Source of the DNA: Octopus sinensis | Lineage: Eukaryota | DNA length: 64,000 bases | NCBI RefSeq assembly: GCF_006345805.1 | Contig: NC_043013.1 | Coordinates: forward strand, 40,362,001-40,426,000 | Reading direction: 5' to 3' | In this document: piece by piece, positions 12,001 to 23,900 of the stretch | How the letters are laid out: each line of letters begins with the position of its first letter | Position numbering within the stretch: the first letter of the stretch is position 1 | Program-made: the position numbers and the translations under genes | The notes under the pieces: model-generated | Database searches by the model: none | The model's input: the letters and a program-made list of their open reading frames with translations, nothing else | What the model was told of the DNA's origin: nothing

Positions 12001-14930
12001 ATATCTGTGAATTGTGTTGTGCTTTCAGTCGTTGGTGTGGATGTGTGTTGTTTTAGGAATTTGAGAAGTAGATTTCTTTGTTTCAGGAGGAATTTTACTC
12101 GTCGAAGTAATCTGGTGTTTGTGGATGTTATATTTTGCGTAAGGAATTTGGTGTGTGTTCTGTTGTTGTAATTTCTGGCAACTTTGTAGTTGACGCCTTA
12201 GTTGTATATTGAGTGGTAGTTTGATCAGTAATTAGTTTTTCACTGGTAGTAGTGTGTTCTGTTGTTGCTGAAGGAATTGTTGTTTGTGGTGCTGTATGCA
12301 GTGTTGTAGCAACGATCGTTGTTGTTCATCTTTGGCTCGAGTAGACAGAGATGGTTGTTCTGTAGTTGAGGTGAGAGGTGTGTAGTCTCTGTTGTTTGAA
12401 TATCTGTGAATTCTGTTGTTGTGCTTTCAACAGTTGGTGTACGAATGTGTGTTGTTTTAGGAATTTGAGAAGTAGACTTCTTTGTTCCGGAGGAATTTGA
12501 CTCGTCGAAGTAATCTTGGTTGTTGTGGATGTTATATTTTGCGTAAGGATTTCTGGTGTGGTTGCTGTTGTTATAATTTCTGGCAACTTTGTAGTTGACG
12601 CCTCAGTTGTATATTGTGTGGTAGTTTGATCAGTTATTAATTTTTCACTGGTAGTAGTGTGTTCTGTGTTGCTGAAGGAATTGTTGTTTGTGGTGCTGTC
12701 TGCAGTTTTGTAGCAACGAGCGTTGTTGGGACACCTTTGACTCGAGTAGACAGAGATGGTTGTTCTGTAGTTGAGGTGAGAGGTGGTGTAGTCTCTGTTG
12801 TAAGAATATCTGTGAATTGTGTTGTGCTTTCAGTCGTTGGTGTGTGAATGTGTGTTGTTTGAGGAATTTGAGAAGTAGATTCCTTTGTTTCCGGAGAAAT
12901 TTGACTCGTCGAAGTAATCATGGTTGTTGTGGATGTTATATTTTGCGTAAGGAATTTTGGTGTTGTTTCTGTTGTAGTAATTTCTGGCATCTTTGTAGTT
13001 GATTCCTCAGTTGTATATTGAGTGCTAGTTTGATCAGTTATTAGCTTTTCACTGGTAGTACTATGTTCTGTTGTTACTGAAGGAATTGTTGTTTGTGGTG
13101 CTGTATGCAGTGTTGTAGCAACGAACGTTGTTGGTACATCTTTGGCTCGAGTAGACAGAGATGGTTGTTCTGTAGTTGAGGTGAGAGGTGGTGTAGTCTC
13201 TGTTGTTAGAATATCTGTGAATTGTGTTGTGCTTTCAACAGTTGGTGTGTGAATGTGTGTTGTTTGAGGAATTTGAGAAGTAGATTCCTTTGTGTCTGGA
13301 GGAATTTGACTCGTCGAAGTAATCTGGGTTTTCGTGGATGTTATATTTTGCGTAAGGAATTCTGGTGTGGTTTCTGTTGTTGTAATTTCTGGCAACTTTG
13401 TAGTTGACGCCTGAATTGTATATTGTGTGGTAGTTTGATCAGTTATTAGTTTTTCACTGGTAGTAGTACTTTCTGTTGTTGCTGAAGGAATTGTTGTTTG
13501 TGGTGCTGTATGCACTGTTGTAGCAACGACCGTTGTTGGTACATCTTTGGCTCGAGTAGACAGAGATGGTTGTTCTGTTTTTGAGGTGAGAGGTTGTGTA
13601 GTCTCTGTTGTTAGAATATCTGTGAATTCCGTTGTGCTTTCAACAGTTGGTGTATGAATGTGTGTTGTTTTGGGAACTTGAGACGTAGATTTCTTTGTTT
13701 CCCGAGGAATTTGACTCGTCGAAGTAATCTGAGTTGTTGTGGATGTTATATTCTGCGTAAGGAATTCTGGTGTGGTTTCTATTGTAGTAATTTTTGGCAA
13801 CTTTGTAGTTGTCGCCTCAGTTGTATATTGAGTGGTAGTTTGATCAGTTATTAGTTTTTCACTGGTAGTAGTGTATTCTGTTGTTGCTGAAGGAATTGTT
13901 GTTTGTGGTTCTGTACGCAGTGTTATAGAGACAGGCGTTGTTGGCACATCTTTGGCTCGAGTAGACAGAGATGGTTGTTCTGTAGTTGACGTAAGAAGTG
14001 GTGTAGTCTCTTTTGTTAGAATATCTGTGAATTGAGTTGTGCTTTCAACAGTTGGTGTGTGAATGTGTGTTGTTTGAGGAATTTGAGAAGTAGATTCCTT
14101 TGTTTCTGGAGGAATTTGACTCGTCAAAGTAATCTGGGTTTTCGTGGATGTTTTATTTTGCGTAAGGAATTCTGGTGTGGTTTCTGTTGTAGTAATTTCT
14201 GGCAACTTTGTAGTTGACGCCTCAGTTGTATATTGAGTGGTAGTTTGATCAGTTATTAGTTTTTCACTGGTAGTAGTATGTTCTGTTGTTGCTGAAGGAA
14301 TTGTTGATTGTGGTGCTGTATGCAGATTTGTAGCAACGAACGTTGTTGGTTCATCTTTGGCTCGAGTAGACAGAGATGGTTGTTCTGTAGTTGAGGTGAG
14401 AGGTGGTGTAGTCTCTTTTGTTAGAATATCTGTGAATTCTGTTGTGCTTTCAACGGTTGGTGTGTGAATGTGTGTTGTTTGTGGAATTTGAGAAGTAGAT
14501 TTCTTTGTTTCCCGAGGAATTTGAATCGTCGAAATAATCTGGGTTTTTTTGGATGTTATATTTTGCGTAAAGAATTCTGGTGTTGTTTCTGTTGTAGTAA
14601 TTTCTGGCAACTTTGTAGTTGTCGCCTCAGTTGTATATTGAGTGGTAGTTTGATCAGTTATTAGTTTTTCACTGGTAGCAGTGTGTTGTGTTGTTGCTGA
14701 AGGAATTGTTGTTTGTGGTGCTGTATGCAGTGTTCTAGCAATGAGCGTTGTTGTTACATCTTTGGCTCGAGTAGACAGAGATGGTTGTTCTGTAGTTGAG
14801 GTGAGAGGTGGTGTAGTCTCTTTTGTTAGAATATCTGTGAATTCTGTTGTGCTCTCCACAGTTGGCGTGTGAATATGTGTTGTTTGTGGAATTTGAGAAG
14901 TAGATTCCTTTGTTTCTGGAGTAATTTCAG
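1..14930 (-). repeat. Coding tandem array B: 405-bp / 135-aa unit, ~37 copies within the window
   Basis: Shadow ORFs recur every 405 bp (2118, 2523, 2928, 3333, 3738). Unit: ...ITSTSQIPPETKKSTSQIPQTTHIHTPTVESTTQFTDILTTETTPPLTSTTEQPSLSTRAKDV...QNITS. Confidence 0.95.
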
Positions 14931-17900
14931 TTGTTGCTTGAGTGCTAGTTTGATTGGTGAGTCGTGTTCCTGTAGAACTGATTTGTCCTGTTGATGAAGG
15001 ATATGATGCTGGCGTTAGTGTGCGCATTGTTGAAACACCAAGTGTAGGTCGAATAGATGTTTGTGAGAATGCTTCTTGGGTAATTGTGGTAATAGGTGAT
15101 GTAATGTCTTTTGTTGCAATACCTGTAATTTCTGTTGCACTTTTAGTTGTTGTTGCCTTGATATGTGTTGTTTGAGGCATTTTAGTTGTAGATTTTTGTG
15201 ATTGTATTTGAATGTGCGTTGTTGAAGGTATGTGTTTTCTTGTAGTCTTGGTGAGAAATTGTGTAAGGAACTGTGGTGTTGTTGCTGGTGTATGAGTCTC
15301 GAAAATCTTATCAGGTGGTTCTTGAGGTGTATATTCTGTTCTTGTTTCATTTGTACCCAGTGTGTAGTTTTTTTGTTGTGTTGATAAAGTTATTGTAGTG
15401 TGAGTTGGTATGTGTGTCATGCTAGAAACATCTGTGATTGGTACAGATGTTTGTCCAGTTTTTGTTGTCTGAGGTAGTGGAGTGTTTGTCTTTTGTTCTG
15501 TTTTCAGAATATCTGTAATTTGTGGTATGCTTTCAGTGGTAAACGTGTGAACATGTGCAGTGTGTGGAATTTGAGAAGTTGATTCAGCAGTTACCGTGTG
15601 AATTCGACTTGTTGATGGAATGTGTGTTCTAGTTGTGTCTTTGGTAGTTTGTGTAAGGGATTCTAGTGTGTATGCTGGTATTGTAATTTTGAGAGTCTTC
15701 TCAGTACTAGTGTGATCAGTTTGTGTTATTTCAATGGTGTGTTCTGTTGATGAAACAAATTTCTGATCAACTGGTGTGTGCATTGTGCTAGTTGCAGATG
15801 TGATTGGTATAGATGTTGGTGCATGTTTGTCCACAACCGACTGAGTTTGTTGTTTGGTAGTTTTTAGTGTTGGTGTAATCTTTGCTGTTCCTTCCGTTTT
15901 TAGAAGACTTGTCAATTGTGTTGTGCTTCCACTAGTAGATGTGCCAATGTTTGTTGTGTGAGGAAGCTGAGAAGTAGATTTAGCTGTTTCATTTTGTCTT
16001 GTTGAAGGAATGTGTGTTGTGTTGGTGATATTTTGTGTAAGCAGTTCTGGTGTACTTGTAGTTATATGTGTGAAAAATTTTTTAGTTGATTCCTGAGTTG
16101 TGTATTGAATGCTACTTTGACTGGTTAGTGGTGTATGAATGGTGTGTTCTTTGGAGAAAGTTACTGTTTGAGAGGGCGTGTGCATTGTGCCAGTGTCTTC
16201 AGCTTGAGTGGGCAGTATTGTTTGTTGTGTAGTAACAGCATGCATAGTAATTTCTGCCTCTGGATGTTTATCCTGTGTTATGATATCAGTCTCTGTTTCT
16301 TGAGTGGTTATGTTGTGAAATTTTGTTGTTTCAAGGAAGTCAGTAGTTACCTTAGTTCTTGCTGTGGAAATTTCTTGAGTTGTTGGTCGTCTTGTGGTTG
16401 TTGGTCGTCTTGTGGTTGTTGGTCGTCTTGTGGTTGTTGGTCGTCTTGTGGTTGTTGGTCGTCTTGTGGTTGTTGGTCGTCTTGTGGTTGTTGGTCGTCT
16501 TGTGGTTGTTGGTCGTCTTGTGGTTGTTGGTCGTCTTGTGGTTGTTGGTCGTCTTGTGGTTGTTGGTCGTCTTGTGGTTGTTGGTCGTCTTGTGGTTGTT
16601 GGTCGTCTTGTGGTTGTTGGTCGTCTTGTGGTTGTGGTTGTGGCTGTGGTTGTCGTTGTCGTTGTGGTTGTAGTTATTGGGAGGAACTCGATTTGAACTT
16701 CTGGAGTACTTGCTGCAGTTCTTGGTTGTGCTGTAGAATATTCAGTTATCTTTCGGCTTTTATCTGCATGTGTTATTCTTGACTCCAGTTCTGCTGGCTG
16801 AAAAGATAGAGTTGGTTGTTGAGTACTTGTGGTTAGCTGTTGTGAAAGGTATGTCTGGGTTGGGAGTTCAGTTTCAATATCTGTAATTTGTGTTGTGCTT
16901 TGAACAGTACTTTTGTCTACGTCAGTTTTTCGAGGAAAATTGGATGTCACAGGAGCAGTTTCTGTTTGAATAGAATTGGTCATATAAAGCAAAGTGGTCA
17001 TATTGCTGGTAGTTTGAGTGGGCATATGTTTTGTAATTGCTTTCTGAACAGGATACTCAAGATTTTCTGGTGATGCTGAAGTTCTAAGTACAGCATTAGA
17101 TTTGTCAGTTACTAGTAATTTAGCAGGGTGTTCTGCTGATGAAGCAGATGTCGTTTGAGATGGACTGTGCGGTGTATTAAAAGAAGCTGTACGAAGTACT
17201 GGAGTAGATTCCTCAGTTTCTCTCTGAAATTTACTTGTCGAAGTAATCTGTGTTGTGTCTGAGACAGGTGTTATAAGCATTTCTAGTGTGCTTCTTTGGG
17301 TTGTAATACCTGGAGTATTTTCAGTCGATGTTAAAGTGGCAGCTTCAGTGCTAGTTATATCACTGCGTGGGAGTTCAGTGACTGTCATTTGTTCTGTAGT
17401 TGAGAAAGCAATAGTTGTTTGAGTTGGTGTGGTCATAGTGGTATGAAAAATTGTGGTGGGCATAGATGTTTCTACTTTTTCAACTAGAGTTGATAGTGGA
17501 GGTAGTTTTGTTGCTGTGGTGAGAGGTTGTGCAGTCTCAGTTTTTGCAATATCTCCAAGATGTGTTGTGCTTTTGCTAATAGGTGTTATAACGTGTGTTG
17601 TTTTAGGAAGATGGAAAGTTGACTCCTCAGTTTCTGTCTGAATTGGAATTGTTGATGCAATGTGTGCCATTGTGATTCTGACAGGTGATGTAAGCATTTC
17701 TGACGTGCTTGTTTGTGTTGTAATTCCAGGAGTCTTTTCAGTCGATGTCAAAGTAATAGTTTCAGTGCTAGTTTTATCAGTGTGTGGCAGTCGACTGACA
17801 GTCGTATGTTCTATTATTGAGGAAGCAATAGTTGTTAGAGTGGGTGGGGTCATTATGGTATCAGAAATTGTGCTTGGCATAGATGTTTCTACTTCTTCGG

Positions 17901-20900
17901 CTGGGGTTGATAGAGGTGGTAGTTTTGTTGTTGTGGTGAGGGGTTGTGCAGTCTCAGTTTTTAGAAAAACAACAGGTCGTGTTGTTCTTTCAGTAGTAAG
18001 TGTTATAAGATGAGTTGTTGTAGAAAGTTTGGAAGTTGACTCCTCAGTTTCTGTTTGAATTGGAGTTGTTGATGTCTGTGCTGTGTCTGTAATAGGTGTT
18101 GTGAGCATTTCCGGTGTGCTTGTTTGTGTTGCAATTTCTAGAGACTTTTCAGTCGGGGTGAATGTGGAAGCTTCAGTGCTAGTCTTATTAACGTGTGGCA
18201 GTTTAATGACACTTGTTTGTTCCATCGTTGATGAAGCGATAAATGTTAGAGTTGGTGTGCTCGTTGTTGTACCAGAAATTATGGTGGGCATAGATGTTTG
18301 TACATCTTCGGCTGGAGTTGTTAGAGACGGTAGTTTTGTTGTCGCTGTTAGAGGTTCTGAAGTGACAGTTGTAATAATTTCTTCAGGTTGTGTTGTTGTT
18401 TCAGTAGTAGGTGTTATAAGATATGTTGTTGTAGGAAGTTGGGAAGTTGACTTCTTGGTTTCTGTTTGAATTTGTATTGTTGATGCTATGTGTGCAGTTG
18501 TGTCCGTGACAGATGCTGTAATCATTTCAGGTGTGACTGTTTGTGTGGTTGTTTCTGGAGTCTTTTCAGTCGATGTGAATGTGGTAGCTTCAGTTGTAGT
18601 TTTGTCAGTGCGTGGCAGATAAGTGACAGTCGTATGTTCTGCAGTTGAGGAAGCAATAGTTGTTTGAGTTGGTGTACTCACTGTGGGAGCAGAAATTGTG
18701 GTGGGCATAGATGTTTCTACTTCTTCGGCTAGAGTTGTTAGAGATGGTAGTTTTGTTGTCGCTGTTAGAGGTTCTGCAGTGTGAGTTGTAATAATTTCTT
18801 CAGGTTGTGTTGTTGTTTCACTAGTAGGTGTTAAAAGATGTGTTGTTGTAGGAAGTTGTGAAGTTGTCTTCTCGGTTTCTGTTTGAATCTGAGTTGTTGA
18901 TGCTATGTGTGCAGTTGTGTCCGTGACAGGTTCTGTACTCATTTCTGTTGTGCCTGTTTGTGTGGTTGTTTCTGGAGTCTTTTCAGTCGATGTGAATGTG
19001 GTAGCTTCAGTTGTAGTTTTGACAGTGCGTGGCAGTTCAGTGACAGTCGTATGTTCTGCAGTTGAGGAAGCAATAGTTGTTTGAGTTGGTGTACTCAATG
19101 TGGGAGCAGAAATTGTGGTGGGCATAGATGTTTCTACTTCTTCGGCTAGAGTTGTTAGAGATGGTAGTTTTGTTGTCCCTGTTAGAGGTTGAGCAGTGTG
19201 AGTTATAATAATTTCTTCAGGTTGTGTTGTTGTTTCAGTAGTAGGTGTTATAAGATGTGTTGTTGTAGGAAGTTGGGAAGTTGTCTTCTCGGTTTCTGTT
19301 TGAATTTCTGTTGTTGATGCAATGTGTGCAGTTGTGTCCGTGTCAGGTGCTGTAATCATTTCTGGTGTGCTTGTTTGTGTGGTTGTTTCTGGAGTCTTTT
19401 CAGTCGATGTGAATGTGGTAGCTTCAGTTGTAGTTTTGTCAGTGCGTGGCAGATCAGTGACAGTCGTATGTTCTGCAGTTGAGGAAGCAATAGTTGTTTG
19501 AGTTGGTGTACTCACTGTGGGAGCAGAAATTGTGGTGGACATAGATGTTTCTACGTCTTCGGCTAGAGATGTTAGAGATGGTAGCTTTGTTGTTGCTGTT
19601 AGAGGTTCTGCAGTGTGAGTTGTACTAATTTCTTCAGGTTGTGTTGTTGTTTCAGTAGTAGGTGTTAAAATATGTGTTGTTGTAGGAAGTTGGGAAGTTG
19701 GCTTCTCTGTTTCTGTTTGAATCTGAGTTGTTGATGCAATGTGTGCAGTTGTGTCCGTGACAGGTTCTGTTATCATTTCTGTTGTGCCTGTTTGTCTGTT
19801 TTCTTCTGGAGTCTTTTCAGTCGATGTGAACGTGGTAGCTTCAGTTGTAGTTTTGTCAGTGCGTGGCAGTTCAGTGACAGTCGTATGTTCTGCAGTTGAA
19901 GAAGCAATAGTTGTTTGAGTTGGTGTACTCACTGTAGGAGCAGAAATCGTTGTGGGCATAGATGTTTCTACTTCTTCGGCTAGAGTTGTTAGAGATGGTA
20001 GTTTTGTTGTCGCTGTTAGAGGTTCTGCAGTGTGAGTTGTAATAATTTCTTCAGGTTGTGTTGTTGTTTGTTTCAGTAGTAGGTGTTAAAATATGTGTTG
20101 TTGTAGGAAGTTGGGAAGTAGGCTTCTCTGTTTCTGTTTGAATCTGAGTTGTTGATGCAATGTGTGCAGTTGTGTCCGTGACAGGTTCTGTTATCATTTC
20201 TGTTGTGCCTGTTTGTCTGTTTTCTTCTGGAGTCTTTTCAGTCGATGTGAATGTGGTAGCTTCAGTTGTAGTTTTGTCAGTGCGTGGCAGTTCAGTGACA
20301 GTTGTATGTTCTGCAGTTGAGGAAGCAATAGTTGTTTGAGTTGGTGTACTCATTGTAGGAGCAGAAATAGTTGTGGGCATAGATGTTTCTACTTCTTCGG
20401 CTAGAGTTGTTAGAGATGGTAGTTTTGTTGTCGCTGTTAGAGGTTCTGCAGTGTGAGTTGTAATAATTTCTTCAGGTTGTGTTGTTGTTTCAGTAGTAGG
20501 TGTTAAAAGATGTGTTGTTGTAGGAAGTTGGGAAGTTGATTCCTTTGTTTCTGTTTGAATTTGTGTTGTTGATGCAATGTGTGCAGTTGTGTCCGTGACA
20601 GGTGCTGTAATCATTTCTGCTGTGCCTGTTTGTGTGGTTGTTTCTGGAGTCTTTTCTGTCGATGTGAATGTGGTAGCTTCAGTTGTAGTTTTGTAAGTGC
20701 GTGGAAGTTCAGTGACAGTCGTATGTTCTGCAGTTGAGGAAGCAATAGTTGTTTGTGTTGGTGTACTCACTGTAGGAAAAGAAATTGTGGTGGGCTTAGA
20801 TGTTTCTACTTCTTCGGCTAGAGTTATTAGAGATGGTAGTTTTGTTGTCGCTGTTAGAGGTTCTGCAGTGTGAGTTGTAATAATTTCTTCAGGTTCTGTT

Positions 20901-23900
20901 GTTTCAGTAGTAGGTGTTATATGATGTGTTGTTGTAGGAAGTTGTGAAGTTGTCTTCTCGGTTTCTGTTTGAAATTCTGTTGTTGATGCAATGTGTGCAG
21001 TTGTTTCCGTGACAGGTGCTGTAATCATTTCTGGTATGCTTGTTTGTGTGGTTGTTTCTGGAGTCTTTTCAGTGGATGTGAATGTGGTAGCTTCAGTTGT
21101 AGTTTTGTCAGTGCGTGGCAGTTCAGTGACAGTCGTATGTTCTGCAGTTGAGGAAGCAATAGTTGTTTGAGTCGGTGTACTCAGTGTGGGAGCAGAAATA
21201 GTTGTGGGCATAGATGTTTCTACTTCTTCGGCTAGAGTTGTTAGTGATGGTAGTTTTGTTGTCGCTTGTAGAGGTTCTTCAGTGTGAGTTGTAATAATTT
21301 CTTCAGGTTGTGTTCTTGTTTCAGTAGTAGGTGTTATAAGATGTGTTGTTGTAGGAAGTTGGGAAGTTGATTCCTCCGTTTCTGTTTGAATTTGAGTTGT
21401 TGATGCAATGTGTGCAGTTGTGTCCGTGACAGGTGCTGTAATCATTTCTGGTGTGCCTGTTTGTGTGGTAGTTTCTGGAGTCTTTTCAGTCGATGTGAAT
21501 GTGGTAGCTTCAGTTGTAGTTTTCTCAGTGCGTGGCAGTTCAGTGACAGTCGTATGTTCTGAAATTGAGGTAACAGTAGTTGTTTGAGTTGGTGTACTCA
21601 CTGTGGGAGCACAAATTGTGGTGGGCATAGATGTTTCTACTTCTTCGGCTAGAGTTGTTAGAGATGGTAGTTTTGTTGTCGCTGTTAGAGGTTCTGCAGT
21701 GTGAGTTGTAATAATTTCGTCAGGTTGTGTTGTTGTTTCAGTAGTAGGTGTTATAAGATATGTTGTTGTAGGAAGTTGGGAAGTTGATTCCTCTGTTTCT
21801 CTTTGAATTTGAGTTGTTGATGCAATGTGTGCAGTTGTCTCCGTGACAGGTGCTGTAATCATTTCTGGTGTGCCTGTTTGTGTGGTTGTTTCTGGAGTCT
21901 TTTCAGTGGATGTGAATGTGGTAGCTTCAGTTGTAGTTTTGTCAGTGCGTGGCAAATCAGTGACAGTCGTATGTTCTGCAGTTGAGGGAGCAATAGTTGT
22001 TTGTGTTGGTGTACTCACTGTAGAAGCAGAAATTGTGGTGGGCATAGATGTTTCCTCTTCTTCGGCTAGAGTTGTTAGAGATGGTAGTTTTGTTGTCGAT
22101 GTTAGAGGCTCTGCAGTGTGAGTTGTAATAATTTCTTCAGGTTGTGTTGTTTCAGTAGTAGGGGTTAAAAGATGTGTTGTTGTAGGAAGTTGGGAAGTTG
22201 TGTTCTCTGTTTCTGTTTGAATTTGAGTTGTTGATGCAATGTGTGCAGTTGTGTCCGTGACAGGTGCTGTAATCATTTCTTGCGTGCCTGTTTGTGAGGT
22301 TGTTTCTGGAGTCTTTTCAGTCGATGTGAATGTGGTAGCTTCAGTTGTAGTTTTGTCAGTGCGTGGCAGTTCAGTGACAGTCGTATGTTCTCCAGTTGTG
22401 GAAGCAATTGATGTTTGAGTTGGTGTACTCAGTGTGGGAGCAGAAATTGTGGTGGGCATAGATGTTTCTACTTCTTCGGCTAGAGTTGTTAGAGATGGTA
22501 GTTTTGTTGTCGCTGTTAGAGGCTCTGCAGTGTGAGTTGTAATATTGTCTTCAGGTTGTGTTGCTGTTTCATAAGTAGGTGTTAAAAGATGTGTTGTTGT
22601 AGGAAGTTGGGAAGTTGATTCCTCTGTTTCTGTTGAATTTGAGTTGTTGATGCAATGTGTGCAGTTGTGTCCGTGACAGGTGCTGTAATCATCTCTGGTG
22701 TGCCTGTTTGTGTGGTAGTTTCTGGAGTCTTTTCAGTGGATGTGAACGTGGTAGCTTCAGTTGTAGTTTTGTCAGTGCGTGGCAGTTCAGTGACAGTCGT
22801 ATGTTCTGCAGTTGAGGAAGCAATAGTTGTTTGAGTTGGTGTACTCATTGTAGGAGCTGAAATTGTTGTGGGCATAGATGTTTCTACTTCTTCGGCTAGA
22901 GTTGTTAGTGATGGTAGTTTTGTTGTCGCTTGTAGAGGTTCTTCAGTGTGAGTTGTAATATTGTCTTCAGGTTGTGTTGTTGTTTCAGTAGTAGGTGTTA
23001 AAAGATGTGTTGTTGTAGGAAGTTGGGAAATTGATTCCTTTGTTTCTGTTTGAAGTTGAGTTGTTGGTGCAATGTGTGCAGTAGTGTCCGTGACAGGTGC
23101 TGTGATCATTTCTGATGTGCCTGTTTGTGTGGTTGTTTCTGGAGTCTTTTCTGTCGATGTGAATGTGGTAGCTTCAGTTGTAGTTTTGTAAGTGCGTGGA
23201 AGTTCAGTGACAGTCGTATGTTCTGCAGTTGAGGAAGCAATAGTTGTTTGTGTTGGTGTACTCACTGTAGGAAAAGAAATTGTGGTGGGCTTAGATGTTT
23301 CTACTTCTTCGGCTAGAGTTGTTAGAGATGGTAGTTTTGTTGTCGCTGTTAGAGGTTCTGCAGTGTGAGTTGTAATAATTTCTTCAGGTTCTGTTGTTTC
23401 AGTAGTAGGTGTTATATGATGTGTTGTTGTAGGAAGTTGTGAAGTTGTCTTCTCGGTTTCTGTTTGAAATTCTGTTGTTGATGCAATGTGTGCAGTTGTT
23501 TCCGTGACAGGTGCTGTAATCATTTCTGGTATGCTTGTTGTGTGGTGTGGTTGTTTCTGGAGTCTTTTCAGTGGATGTGAATGTGGTAGCTTCAGTTGTA
23601 GTTTTGTCAGTGCGTGGCAGTTCAGTGACAGTCGTATGTTCTGCAGTTGAGGAGAAGCAATAGTTGTTTGAGTCGGTGTACTCAGTGTGGGAGCAGAAAT
23701 AGTTGTGGGCATAGATGTTTCTATTCTTCGGCTAGAGTTGTTAGTGATGGTAGTTTTTTTGTCGCTTGTAGAGGTTCTTCAGTGTGAGTTGTAATAATTT
23801 CTTCAGGTTGTGTTCTTGTTTCTGTAGTAGTAGGTGTTATAAGATGTGTTGTTGTAGGAAGTTGGGAAGTCGATTCCTCTGTTTCTGTTTGAATTTGAGT

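Noticed and set aside
16381-16632. Short direct repeats suggesting a CRISPR array
   Set aside because: No spacers, head-to-tail identical units, eukaryotic context, and in frame within a coding exon.
16135-16782. Plus-strand (WSSCGC)n ORF resembling a keratin-associated or metallothionein-like protein
   Set aside because: Reverse-frame reading of the 18-bp minisatellite, which has no stop in any frame; no splice or promoter support.
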